A DNA stretch of 64,000 nucleotides, from contig JANHCV010000012.1 of NCBI GenBank assembly GCA_025594325.1, forward strand, positions 806,001 to 870,000, given 5' to 3'. The translations under genes and the position numbers were made by a program. Under the pieces are notes generated by a model that was given only the letters and a program-made list of their open reading frames with translations, did no database searches and had not been told where the DNA came from. This DNA is from Blastocladiella emersonii ATCC 22665 (taxonomy: Eukaryota; Fungi; Blastocladiomycota). Of the stretch, positions 13,515-23,700 are shown in pieces (position 1 is the stretch's first letter; every line of letters begins with the position of its first letter).

Positions 13515-13790
13515 CCCAGTTGCGGTGCGGCGTTGCAGCAGTAACTGACATGGTCGCGCCGCTTGTAGGCTTTGCTCACGACTGATCTGCGCACGCATTA
13601 TCCGTTCCCGTCTTCTACGAGAGCGCGGCCCGGTTCAACGAAGAGCGGGTCCGTGGTATCAATTAATGTCTGAACCATCTCGGAGGACCTTGCGGCGCTG
13701 CTTACCTTGGCCTCTGACCTTCACACTGCTGCTGTGCGTCAGTGGTTCAATAGTCGCAGGGTCCGAAGCGGCATATATGCTACTCGAGAT
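13515..13790 (+). pseudogene. Orphan 3' intron half and last exon of a forkhead copy
   Basis: gcagcagtaactgacatggt..cttgtag resembles the last intron of copy 3. It is followed by GTC TGA ACC ATC TCG GAG GAC CTT GCG GCG CTG CTT, i.e. W->stop in the WTISEEDLAALL motif. Confidence 0.65.
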
Positions 13791-13841
13791 TTTGAGTATA
13801 ATTTGTCCGAGCGTCGCGGGCGCAGGACTTAGAGGGGCAAA

Positions 13842-13987
13842 ACGCGAGACGCGAGACGCGAGACGCGAGACGCGAGACGCGAGACGCGAGACGCGAGACG
13901 CGAGACGCGAGACGCGAGACGCGAGACGCGAGACGCGAGACGCGAGACGCGAGACGCGAGACATGAGATGTGAGACGTGAGACGCGT
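13842..13987 (+). repeat. Heptamer tandem repeat (ACGCGAG)17 plus 3-4 degenerate units
   Basis: Perfect ACGCGAG units 13842..13960, then acatgag atgtgag acgtgag acgcgtc, ending in the shared upstream element at 13981. Confidence 0.97.
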
Positions 13988-14013
13988 CCTGGAATCATGT
14001 GACGAGCTCATTT

Positions 14014-14473
14014 ACAGCGAGCGTGCGAGACCAAGGGAGACGTGGCTCGACCTCGCCTGCCTTGCTTTCGCGTCAGCGACCGACCGCCGCAAGACCATGC
14101 GCGCCATCCTCGCTTGGATCCAACAAGCGTACCCATTTTTCAGATTCAGGGATCCAACAAAGACTAAGGTACGCATCATTGTTATGTGCTAACCTCCGTG
14201 GCCATTGTGCAAGCTAACCCGCTGCCACAGAAATGCATTTCCAACGCGCTGTGTTTCGAGCCCGCGTTTACCTTGACCTCTGATCGGGCTGGGCTCGACG
14301 AAGGGTCCGCGCCGATATGGATCATTTCCGAGGAACAGCTTACTGCGCTGCTTGCTCGGTTTGGACGCTATCCCGCCATCTTCCACAGCCATCTCACCTA
14401 CCAAATTCGGGGCAGGCTTTTTCGCACGCCACTGAATGAGGATAGCGAATACTACATCCAGATTAGAAATTGA
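14014..14473 (+). pseudogene. 5'-truncated forkhead copy 7 (FKH domain only)
   Basis: RPRETWLDLACLAFASATDRRKTMRAILAWIQQAYPFFRF; intron 14169..14230; KCISNALCFEPAF..WIISEEQLTALL. It abuts the upstream element with no N-terminal region and no usable ATG. Confidence 0.75.
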
Positions 14474-14681
14474 TGTCTTGATTGGAGATCAATTTTGAGA
14501 CGCGTCGGGATATCATGTGCCCACGTGCTGTGGCCTGGAGACGCGACTTGCTCTCGTCGCGGTTCTCGCCGCACTTTTGAGAATTGTAGGTTAGTCCTAC
14601 CAGCTCAGCGGTGTTCGTGACCGTGACCTGTGGAATTTATTAGCTGTCCAGAAACATTCACCTCAACGACTTGGCGGCCGA

Positions 14682-15743
14682 TTAAACAAGTTTCTCGAGC
14701 ATGGCCAGGTGGATTGCGGCGCCCTTCATCTGCTGTTCGACGCTCGACAAATTCTTCTTGAGGTACTTGATTGATTCATCGATATCTTTCACCTTCGAAT
14801 CGGGTCCGGCAAATTTGCTGCCAGGAATGACCAGGATCGTGCATAATTGGCCCACCGCGAGAGCCCATGACCACAGGGGGTACCACTTTCGCTCCGTCTC
14901 GAGCGAGGAAATCATTTTCATGGCAACCTTTTGATCCCTCTGAAGCGAGACCAACTCGCCACGGGTAGTAGTAAGAAGCTCGTCGTACGTCTGGCGCACA
15001 ACCAGCGGGCGCAGATCGCACATGGCGGCGCGTACGCGCTCAACCGTGTCGTAGCGCAGATCGTCGAGCGGATCCAAGTCGACACACGCGACGTTGCGCC
15101 CGACCTCGAAGAAGTTGACGCCATGGCGCTCGAGCTCGGCCAAATATTCACGGGGATCGTACTCAAATGCCTGCCGAGCTGGCTCCCGCAGACGCTGGTT
15201 GCCCTTGCGACCAGCTTTAGTCAGCAGCAGGAAGCAGTTGCGCCCGTTGATGTCGGAAGCAATCTTAAGGAGCTGCAGCTGATTGATGAGCGCGACCGGA
15301 CCGCGAAGCGCGCTGGCGACGACCAGAAGTACAGCGGGTTTGTCCTTGATGTCGCGCAGGTTCTGCTCGGTCACGTCCTTAATCGACTTGCCGAGTCCAC
15401 CAAAGCCGTCGCCGTCCTGGATGTACATGGTCACGTTGGGCGGAAGCAGGTCGGGATTGACCCGAGCCGTCTTGCCGCCAGAATCGACACTCTGGACGCC
15501 GTCGCCCGCCTTGAAAATCTCGATAAACCTGCCCTTCTTGCTGTAGCGCTCGACGAAGTCGGTACAGAACGTGGATTTGCCTAGCTCAACGTAACGTGAG
15601 ACGAAGAGGCAAGTTTCTCTCTGTCAGTCTCGAGCCGTACCAACGCCAACCTCGCCAATGGCTTTGACGCGAACAGCGACTTGATCACCCCTCCCTGCAA
15701 TGTCGGCCCAGATTTCGGGTGTCGGGCCCTTCTTCATGGTCAT
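14682..15743 (-). CDS. Atypical P-loop GTPase (TRAFAC; septin/AIG1-like) with C-terminal coiled coil and hydrophobic segment, paralog 1
   Basis: Splicing intron 15640..15581 gives Walker A GEVGVGKST; G3 DGDGFGG; G4 LTKAG; C-terminal WYPLWSWALAVGQLCTILVIPG followed by heptads. Confidence 0.75.
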
Positions 15744-16438
15744 GTTGTGCGAATCGGGTGACCGAGCAGTACACGCGAGTGATACATGGAATGTCGTGGT
15801 GAGCGATGCGCGGGACGGCTCCCTGTTGCGAATTTGACGGCAGGGGCAACAGCTGCGTGGACACGCCATGGACACACGGTACAACGGGGTCACATGTCAT
15901 GAGCGCCATTCCTGTGTGCTTAAAGCTCAGATCCGTGCGTAGTTACACAGGCTTCAAATCGTCTTGATTGCCCGCATTATTGGCCGGTAACTTAAGTCTC
16001 ACATCACCTCGTAGGGTTGAACCACGGCGCCAGATGAGTTATCATCCTCGACGCCAGGCACGTGAACGGCTGAACTACGCGTCGCGCCACACTGATCCAG
16101 CTGTCTCGCGCTCAGAACTTTTGATGCGCGTTACGCTAGCCCTCTGTCCACGACACTTTTCAGTTCAGGAGGCCTAGGAAGCAGGCGGTAGTGAGAGAAA
16201 GGTGAAACACGACATTGTATCTTAGGGCCCGTTTGGTTCAGATCAGGTGGATCAGCTGAAACAGTTGCCACGTTTCACCTCACCCCCGTTCATCTCAGCG
16301 GCCGTGCGAACCAAACGCCCCGCTGGATGAACGCCCCCCCCCCCCGCAATAAAATCTTTCCCACCTCTTTGCAGCCGCGCTTATTGCAACGAATCAACAC
16401 CTAACCTCACGCATCGTGTTCTCGAGCCCTCAAACAAC

Positions 16439-17756
16439 ATGGACAAGGGATACAACCGCAAGCTGCGCGGCCTAATGCTCACAGCCGCCCTCGCTCTCCT
16501 GCGACGTCTCGCTGCGCGCAACGAGCGCCGCCCGTGGGAGCCTATCCGCACGTCCACGCTTTCTGGCGAGTCGTGGGTTCAAGAGCTGCTGACGTGCAAC
16601 AGCGAAACGCGTTTTTCGGAAATCGCCCGTATGCCCCGCGAGACCTTCAAGGCCATCTGCCGCCTGTTCCGCGACCGTGGCCTTCTCGCCGACGGCCGCG
16701 AGCTGTCCGTCGAGGCGCGCTTCATGGTTTTTCTTGTCATGGCCGGCGAGGGCAGCACCAACCGCAACCTCAGGGAGCGGTTCCAAATCTCTGGCGAGAC
16801 CGCGTCCAGGGTTCTGAAGCAAGTGCTCGACGCTCTGTACCGCCTGATGCCCGAGTTCATTGTCCAGCCGTCCGATTCTACGCCCGTGCATGAGCGCATC
16901 GCCCACGACCCGAAATACGCTCCGTTCCAGAACGCGGTCGGCGCGCTTGACGGAACGCACATCCCGTTTGTTGTGCCCACTAAGCTTCACGACTCGTTCC
17001 GAAACCGCAAGGGGACCATATACTCAAATGTCCTCGCTGCCTGCGACTTTGACTTGAACTTCACCTACGTTCTCGCAGGGTGGGAGGGCAAGGCGCATGA
17101 CTCGCGCGTGCTCTCGGACGCCTTCGCCCGTGGGTTCAAGATCCCCGCCGGCCGCTTCTACCTCGCCGACGGCGGCTACGCAAACCGCACGTCCATCATC
17201 GTGCCCTTCCGCAGTACCCGCTATCATCTTCGCGAGTTTGCCCGCGGCAAGGATGGGTACGTTCTCACTGCCATGACCATCACGTTGGCGCCATCTCATC
17301 TGCTTCACCAACGTACGTAGAGTTAAGAACCGCGAAGAGCTTTTCAATCTGCGTCACGCGTCGCTCCGCAACTCCATTGAGCATATCTTTGGCGTGCTCA
17401 AGAAGCGGTTCCGCGTCCTCTCGATTGGCGCGGCCTACCCAATCAAGACTCAAGTCAAGCTTGTGTACGCGCTCTGCACGCTGCACAACATGATCAACAA
17501 GTGGAACCAAGGCGGCGACGCCTTCTTTTGCGACGCCGAGACGGAGCTCCGGCGCGCGCGGGACGCGGCGCGTGAGGCGCGTGTGCGTGGGCGCGAGCCC
17601 CTGAACGACGAGAACGAGGAGGACGACGAGGCCGCTGTCCTCGAGGCCTCGCTGGACGGAGCTCGTCAGCGCGGTATCTCGCTTCGGAACCGCGTCGCAA
17701 ATGTTCTTTGGACCGAGTACAGGCGCGTCATGGCCGCTCGTGGGACCCGTCTTTGA
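16439..17756 (+). CDS. Harbinger (DDE_Tnp_4/HARBI1-like) transposase
   Basis: RERFQISGETASR helix-turn-helix region, ALDGTHI, GWEGKAHDSRVL, YLADGGY; intron about 17257..17320; then ELFNLRHASLRNSIEHIFGVLKKRF. The D-D-E triad looks intact. Confidence 0.95.
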
Positions 17757-18069
17757 AGGCGCGAAATAATTGTTGTACCCGCATGCATGCTGTAATATAC
17801 TGATTTGTCAAGTACTATAATGTTATATAAGCGATTCTAGATGATTTGACGCGTCGCTGAGGTCAGAATGCATCGGTGGAGACGCGTCGATCAATCACGT
17901 GACGTGCGAGACACTTTGCGAACCACGCGTTTCTCAACGAGTCGCGTCATTTTCGAGCCAAGGGTAACGATTGAAGATACGATGGACACAAAGCCAGATG
18001 TATTGGACACAAATGGGCGAGAACAAGGCCAGGAAGCAACGCGAGGGGAGGGGGACATGTGCGAGTGAG

Positions 18070-18534
18070 CTACTGAATGAAAATCTCGAGGATGCGCTTG
18101 CGCTTCGATTCGGACACGGCCATGACGCGAAGCGCTTGATCCTCGGTCAGGCGGGTGGCGACGTCGATCTGGTACTCTTCATTGTCGTTGTACGCGTCCT
18201 GGACCCATTCAAGTGCGGCGGTCAGGACGGGCTTGGAGTCGGCGGTCGCGACGCTCTGGAACACCTCCTTGATGCCCATGAGGAATTCCGAGTCCGAGAG
18301 GCGACGCGAGCTGCTGTCCGAAGTGCGGCTGCGCTTGCTGGCGGGGGCCGCGTCGTCTTGACCATCGACACCTTCCACGTCACCAGACTCCTTGCCGTCC
18401 TGCTCGAGGTGCGAGTACTCGCCGGTGGTGGTCGAGCTGCCCCACGAAGGAAAACAGCGTTTATATAGGCCGGGAAGCACAGCCTGAAGGTTTCGGGGGC
18501 GAGCAGACGGGCAATTCAGCGACAAGGGTTCCAT
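18070..18534 (-). CDS. Harbinger second ORF (ORF1-like), probably only its C-terminal part
   Basis: 154-aa ORF convergent to the transposase inside the TIRs; ends ..DVATRLTEDQALRVMAVSESKRKRILEIFIQ. No recognisable Myb/SANT tryptophan repeat. Confidence 0.5.
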   Translation of the reverse strand: MEPLSLNCPSARPRNLQAVLPGLYKRCFPSWGSSTTTGEYSHLEQDGKESGDVEGVDGQDDAAPASKRSRTSDSSSRRLSDSEFLMGIKEVFQSVATADSKPVLTAALEWVQDAYNDNEEYQIDVATRLTEDQALRVMAVSESKRKRILEIFIQ

Positions 18535-18671
18535 TCAGCTCATCCGGGGATCGACCCAAACGCCGCGATGAACGCGACGGGGTGAAAATGCCACGTTTCA
18601 GCTGGGTGAACACCGGACCGTGTAAAATCGATTGATCCACCTGATTCACCCCGGAACCAAACGGGCCCTTA

Positions 18672-19797
18672 TTACAGGTCCTCCTTCTTCACAGCCTCGT
18701 GAATGAGACTCTTGTACTTGGCAAGTCGGCCAGCTGCCTCCTTGGCCTGGCTCTCGAAATTGGACAGCGATTTCTTGAGCTTTTTAATTTCCTGCTCAAT
18801 TTCCTTGATTCGGTGGGTGCTAAAGCTAACAGCGACTGCCACCCAGATTCCAGCAGTCCTGGCAGCAGGGGGGAGAGTGATAATCGCTCCCGCCCCAGCG
18901 ACGCTATAAAGCGGGATGCGTCGCTGGTGCCACTTCTTATCGTTTTCAAGCGACTTGATCATGTCCAGCTTCACCAAGCGGTCGCCCTCGAGGTAGGCGA
19001 GGTCGCCCTCGGCGGTGAAGAGCAGCTCCTTGAACGTCTGACGCACAATCAGCGGGCGTAAGTCGCACACAGCGGCGCGGACGCGCTCGATCGTGTCGTA
19101 GCGCAAGTCGTCGAGCGGGTCCAGATCGACGCACGCAACGTTGCGCCCGATCTCGAAGAAGTTGACGCCGTGCGCGTCGAGCCGAGCCAAAAATTGCTGC
19201 GGGTCGTACTCGGCTGCCTGCCGAGCTGGCTCCCGCAGACGCCGATTGCCGTTGCGACCGGCGTGGGTCAGCAGGAGGAAGCAGTTGCGCTCGTTGATGT
19301 CCGAGACGATCTGGAGAATCTGCAGCTGGCTGATGAGAGCAGTCGGACAGCGAGTAGCACTGGCAACAATGACGAGAACCGCAGGGTTCTGCTTGATGTC
19401 GCGCAGGTTTTCCTCGGTCACGTCCTCGACCTTCTTGCCGAGCCCGCCGAAGCCGTCGCCGTCCTGGATGTACATGGTCACGTTCGGCGGTAGCACGCTC
19501 GGGTTAACCTGAGCGGTCTTGCCGCCCGAGTTGACGCTCTGGACGCCGCCACTCGTTTTGAAGACCTCAACGAGTTTGCCGAACTTGTCGTAAATTTCGG
19601 CAAAGTCGTTGCAGAACGTTGACTTGCCTATACATCCGGGTCTCCCAGGTGAGATCAACGTATGCGCTGCGCGAAAAGGCTTGGGGGCTCGTACCGTTGC
19701 CAACTTGGCCGATCGTCTTGACACGCACGAGGATGGGCTCATCCTGCTCGGCGAGCTTGGCCCAGATTTCGGGTGTAGGGCCCACGGAGACTTTCAT
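18672..19797 (-). CDS. Atypical P-loop GTPase, paralog 2
   Basis: Intron 19694..19628 gives GQVGNGKST. Shares PPNVTMYIQDGDGFGGLGK, RLREPARQA and EIGRNVACVDLDPLDDLRYDT with paralog 1; G4 LTHAG. Confidence 0.78.
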
Positions 19798-20209
19798 GAC
19801 GATGCGTGGGCAGGCTGGTCAGCCGGTTAACGATACATCGGCGGAGCGCACGAGGGCTGCCGCTGCCTTGGCCGTACTTTTATCGCGACAGTTTCGTGGA
19901 CACACCCTGGACGGGTTCCGCCACGCGCCTGGAACCACGTGAGTGGTGCAACGCGTATCCGATCCGCACCACTGCTGCCGCGAAAACGCATGCCATCGCT
20001 ATAAACTTGCTGAAGCTTTCTTTGAGGACGCCAACGAGACAAACGGACCCAGCCTCGCGCGCGGAGACATGTCTCGCAGAGCGACGCGTAGCGATATCGC
20101 GTGAAGGCCACGCGACGTGGCTGAGGGGTCTGACCAGCCGATCAGGGCCAAAGTGCGGGACAGCTTCGCAACGCCTCGCTGACGCGACAAGGGCATTAAA
20201 ACGTAGCGA

Positions 20210-21978
20210 ATGAACGCAAAGTGCACTTCACTTGATGCAATGATATCGGCACCTAATGAGCAGCTGAATTCCCGGAGCTCGAGCGATGCGCGCACCGCGA
20301 CACCCCCGCGGTCGCCGCCCTCCCCGGGCCTATCACTTCCGCGATGCGACTCGCCGCCCGCAGGCTTTTCGGTGGATGACGACATGGCCGCCGTTGAGCT
20401 TTTGGCTTCGCGCGGCCCGCTTCAAGCTCAGCTCAGTCCAACTCCGCCTGCTTCGCTCAATCACCACACGCCTGACTTGGCCTCCGCGGCAGCGCCGGCG
20501 TCTCCATCGAACACGGCGCTCGGCAACGGCGACTTTATGCCCGCTTGGCAAACTCGAGTTCAAAGTTCACTCAGCAACAGTCTGCAGCCGTCGCCGCCGC
20601 GACAAGTCTTGGACGGCTACCATTCTCGCCCTGGATCACCCTCATTTTCGCGCGATTCATCTTGCACGATCAGCGACACCGACGACATATCAGGCGTTCC
20701 TTGTCCCGACTCATCCCTTCTCGTTTATCCATCCACCTCGATAGATGGTTCGAACGGGTCTGCATCAGCCGTTCCGCACGCTCCCATGTCGCGGACCACC
20801 GCTACCAGTCCTTCCCTTCATCAACCCGTTTCAACCGCGCCGGCGACGATTTCATCGGCAGCCGCCGCGAGTACAGCTCCTCTGCCGTTTTCTTCCGTTG
20901 CCTGGCACCGACGACCACTCCAGTTGGCGGCCGCTGATCCGTCGACCGGAGCGGTCTATCCCAGGCCGTCAGAAACCATTTCGCAACTCATTCTTGCAGC
21001 ACTCGCTTCGATGCCTGACCGTGTGGCAACCGTGCCTCAGCTTTTTACATGGTTTGTCGACAACCACCCTTACTTTCGATTTGCGAGCGAGAAACAGTGG
21101 AAGGTACGCAATCACCGCGCACAAAAATTAGGTTCGCGGCATAGTTGACACGAGTCAAGGAATGTAGCCAGCCGTTCGCACTACCTTGCAAAATAATCCG
21201 CTGTTCGAGTCCTTTGGCGCGACGCGACTCGAGGGCATGAAATGGAGGGTTCTCGATGCTGAATTGCCTCGGAATTCGCTTAACGCTGCTCCTGTTTTGG
21301 CCATTGCCGCCACGGCTGCATCTGCAGCGGCTGGGACCAGCAGCGCTTACCGTGCACAACTTCCGCCGACTTCTCGCTCACTCGCGTCGCACCACCGTCC
21401 CGCGCTGCCGCCAGAGCTCGCCCCGGCCAGAAAGCGGGCGCGAGGTGCCGACCCGGTTGAGCTCTTTGTCACCGGTCCTGACGGAACAGTGTACCCTAGG
21501 CCCGCCATTTCGAAGGCGGAGCTGATCTGCGCGGCGCTCGCAGCCGCTCCTGATCGCAGTTTGACAACACGCGCAATTTGCGACTGGATTCAAGACCGCT
21601 ACCCGTACTATCGGTTTGGGAAGGTAGATGGGAAACGTGTACGTTTCAGCCGTGTGCTAGTGTCTCCACCTCGCTCGCTGACATGTCGCGCGCGCCGTTC
21701 AGAAAGCCATCGCAGTCACATTGCAGTCTCACTCTGCCTTCCACAACCTTCGAGCCCAGTCGTATGGGAGGGGCGGGCCGGGTCTTTGGACCATCTCGGA
21801 GGCGGACCTTTCTGCCATCTTGCCTTCTCGACCGCCCGCGCAGCGCGAGCAACTACCCACAACGCCCGCAAACGTTATGCCCGCGGCGTCCATGAACATT
21901 GTGCCCGCGGCACCCGTGACCGTTGTGCCTGCGGCGCCCACGAGCGTTGAGGTCGTGTATGTGAGCGACTCTGAATAA
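20210..21978 (+). CDS. Double-forkhead protein, copy 8 (intact)
   Basis: Two FKH domains with introns about 21104..21167 and 21639..21702; helices PAVRTTLQ and KAIAVTLQ; WTISEADLSAILP; ends EVVYVSDSE*. Confidence 0.85.
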
Positions 21979-22336
21979 ACTCTTGCTGACTTCAATCCGA
22001 TGAAGACTACCGCCCTCAAACATCAGCCTGTGCCACGCGTGAGCGATCGTGCCGCCTCGACCGCTCCGCTTCTGCGTGGGCGATCACCTTGGAGTTCGGT
22101 CCAACCGCAGATCCGGAAATGCCTGTTTCCAAACCATCATTGGAGTTCGAGAACATGCAAGGTGCGCGTGCAACAATGCCCTACGAAAGGACGCGTCGCG
22201 ATATAATGTGACAGTCACGAGATGTGGCTGGAGCGGCTGGAACCAGTCCCCCAGCCCGCGTCGGCGAAACCTCGAGGCGATCGTTTCTCCCGGAGCCATG
22301 TACGTGCAGCAAATATCACAACGTAACTTATGAACA

Positions 22337-23317
22337 ATGCACCCTCCACTTGGCGCAACTAGCTCAGCAGCTTATCAATGGCCAGGCGCGCGCAAGCAAA
22401 GCGCGAGTCAGCTCTCGCCACCGCGGTCGCCATCGCCTTGCCCGTCGCTTCCGGACTGCGCATCGCCGCCGGTTGGGATATCTGCGGACTGCGTGTCGCT
22501 TGCACCGTGGCCTCCATCGCTCTTTCTTCCCTCGCGCGATTGGGCCGATACTGTGTCAAGCTCCTCTTTCGATCCACCGCTCGATGACAGCGACCGGCTC
22601 CAACCGAGTCCGCTCAGCGTCGCTTACAGCGGTCGTGCGTCACTTGCGGCGCCACATTCGCCGCTCAGTACCCCCGATGTTCGTCAACCCGACGCCGCAG
22701 CGACAGGTCCTTATGCTACCCCTAGCTTGAACGGATCCAGCCGCGAGTCTTCTTCCCCGGCCGCCTTGCTTACTTCAGAAACCGCGTCTCCCACTTCGCA
22801 CCGCGCTTCCGCTTCCCCGCGCCCGCGCACCACCACGCTTAGCTCCGTCCGCAAGCGCCCTTACGCGACCCGTCCACCAGGCCGCCCGACCAAACGCTCG
22901 GCCGAAACCACGGTCACCGACCCCGTCGACGGAACCGTCCACGTGCGCCCTGCCGCGAGCTACCCGCAGCTGATCGCCATGGCGCTCACGGCGGCACCCA
23001 GTCGGCAGCTGACGGTGCGCGAGATCTACCACTGGATCCTGGACCAGTATCCGTTCTATCGGTTCAGCAACGTGGCCAAGGTCCTTGTACGTTCTATCGT
23101 CAATGCACGATCCTCGACTCTGCTGACCCGCGCGCGCGCTGCTTAGAAACAGCTCCAAAAAGGTGCGGTCCGGCACCCGGCCTTCGTTCAGGCTGGGGTT
23201 AAGAAACTCGGTGCGGCAGTGGTGCCAAACAGTCCGGGGATCTGGACCTTCTTGGACGCGGCAAACTTGGCGGAACTCTTGCCCTCGCGCTGCGCGCCTG
23301 TGCCAGACGGCAAGTAG
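22337..23317 (+). CDS. Forkhead protein, copy 9 (single FKH, intact)
   Basis: RPAASYPQLIAMALTAAPSRQLTVREIYHWILDQYPFYRF; intron about 23087..23146; KQLQKGAVRHPAF..PGIWTF. Confidence 0.88.
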
Positions 23318-23700
23318 GTGTGAGCAACGGCGGCGACTATGCGGGCGCGCAACAAAGAATAGACGCTCCCTCCCTTGCTACGATGATTATTGCGCGGCAG
23401 GATTCGTTTGGCAGCTCGCGAGAGACGATGTGCGACGGGGACGTTGCAGAATTCTTGAGTTCGCGCGTCCTTGTGCTTGAGCCGCTTAGCGAGCGGGTAT
23501 GAATGGAGGGCGAATTTCAACGTTATGTAGGCTCGCGTAGAGACATGTCTCGCACAACGAAGCGTCGCGATATCGCGTGAAAGTCGCGCGAGGTGAGGGA
23601 CCGGACGCCAGACGCGCGAGACGGCTCCACCGCAGGTCGCCTCCTCGGCAATGATACTGTAACGTAGCGAATGAACACAACGCGCGCTTGACTTGGTGCA

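Larger units (their letters stand above)
16225..18668 (+). mobile_element. PIF/Harbinger DNA transposon (2444 bp)
   Basis: Perfect 15-bp TIRs GGGCCCGTTTGGTTC (16225-16239) and GAACCAAACGGGCCC (18654-18668); TTA target duplication at 16222-16224 and 18669-18671; transposase plus a convergent second ORF. Confidence 0.97.

Noticed and set aside
13842-13960. CRISPR-like or telomeric array
   Set aside because: No spacers; the unit is not a TTAGGG-type repeat and derives from the adjacent promoter motif.
13659-14011. ORFs with VSRLASR/ETRDARR repeats
   Set aside because: Translations of the 7-bp tandem repeat, not genes.
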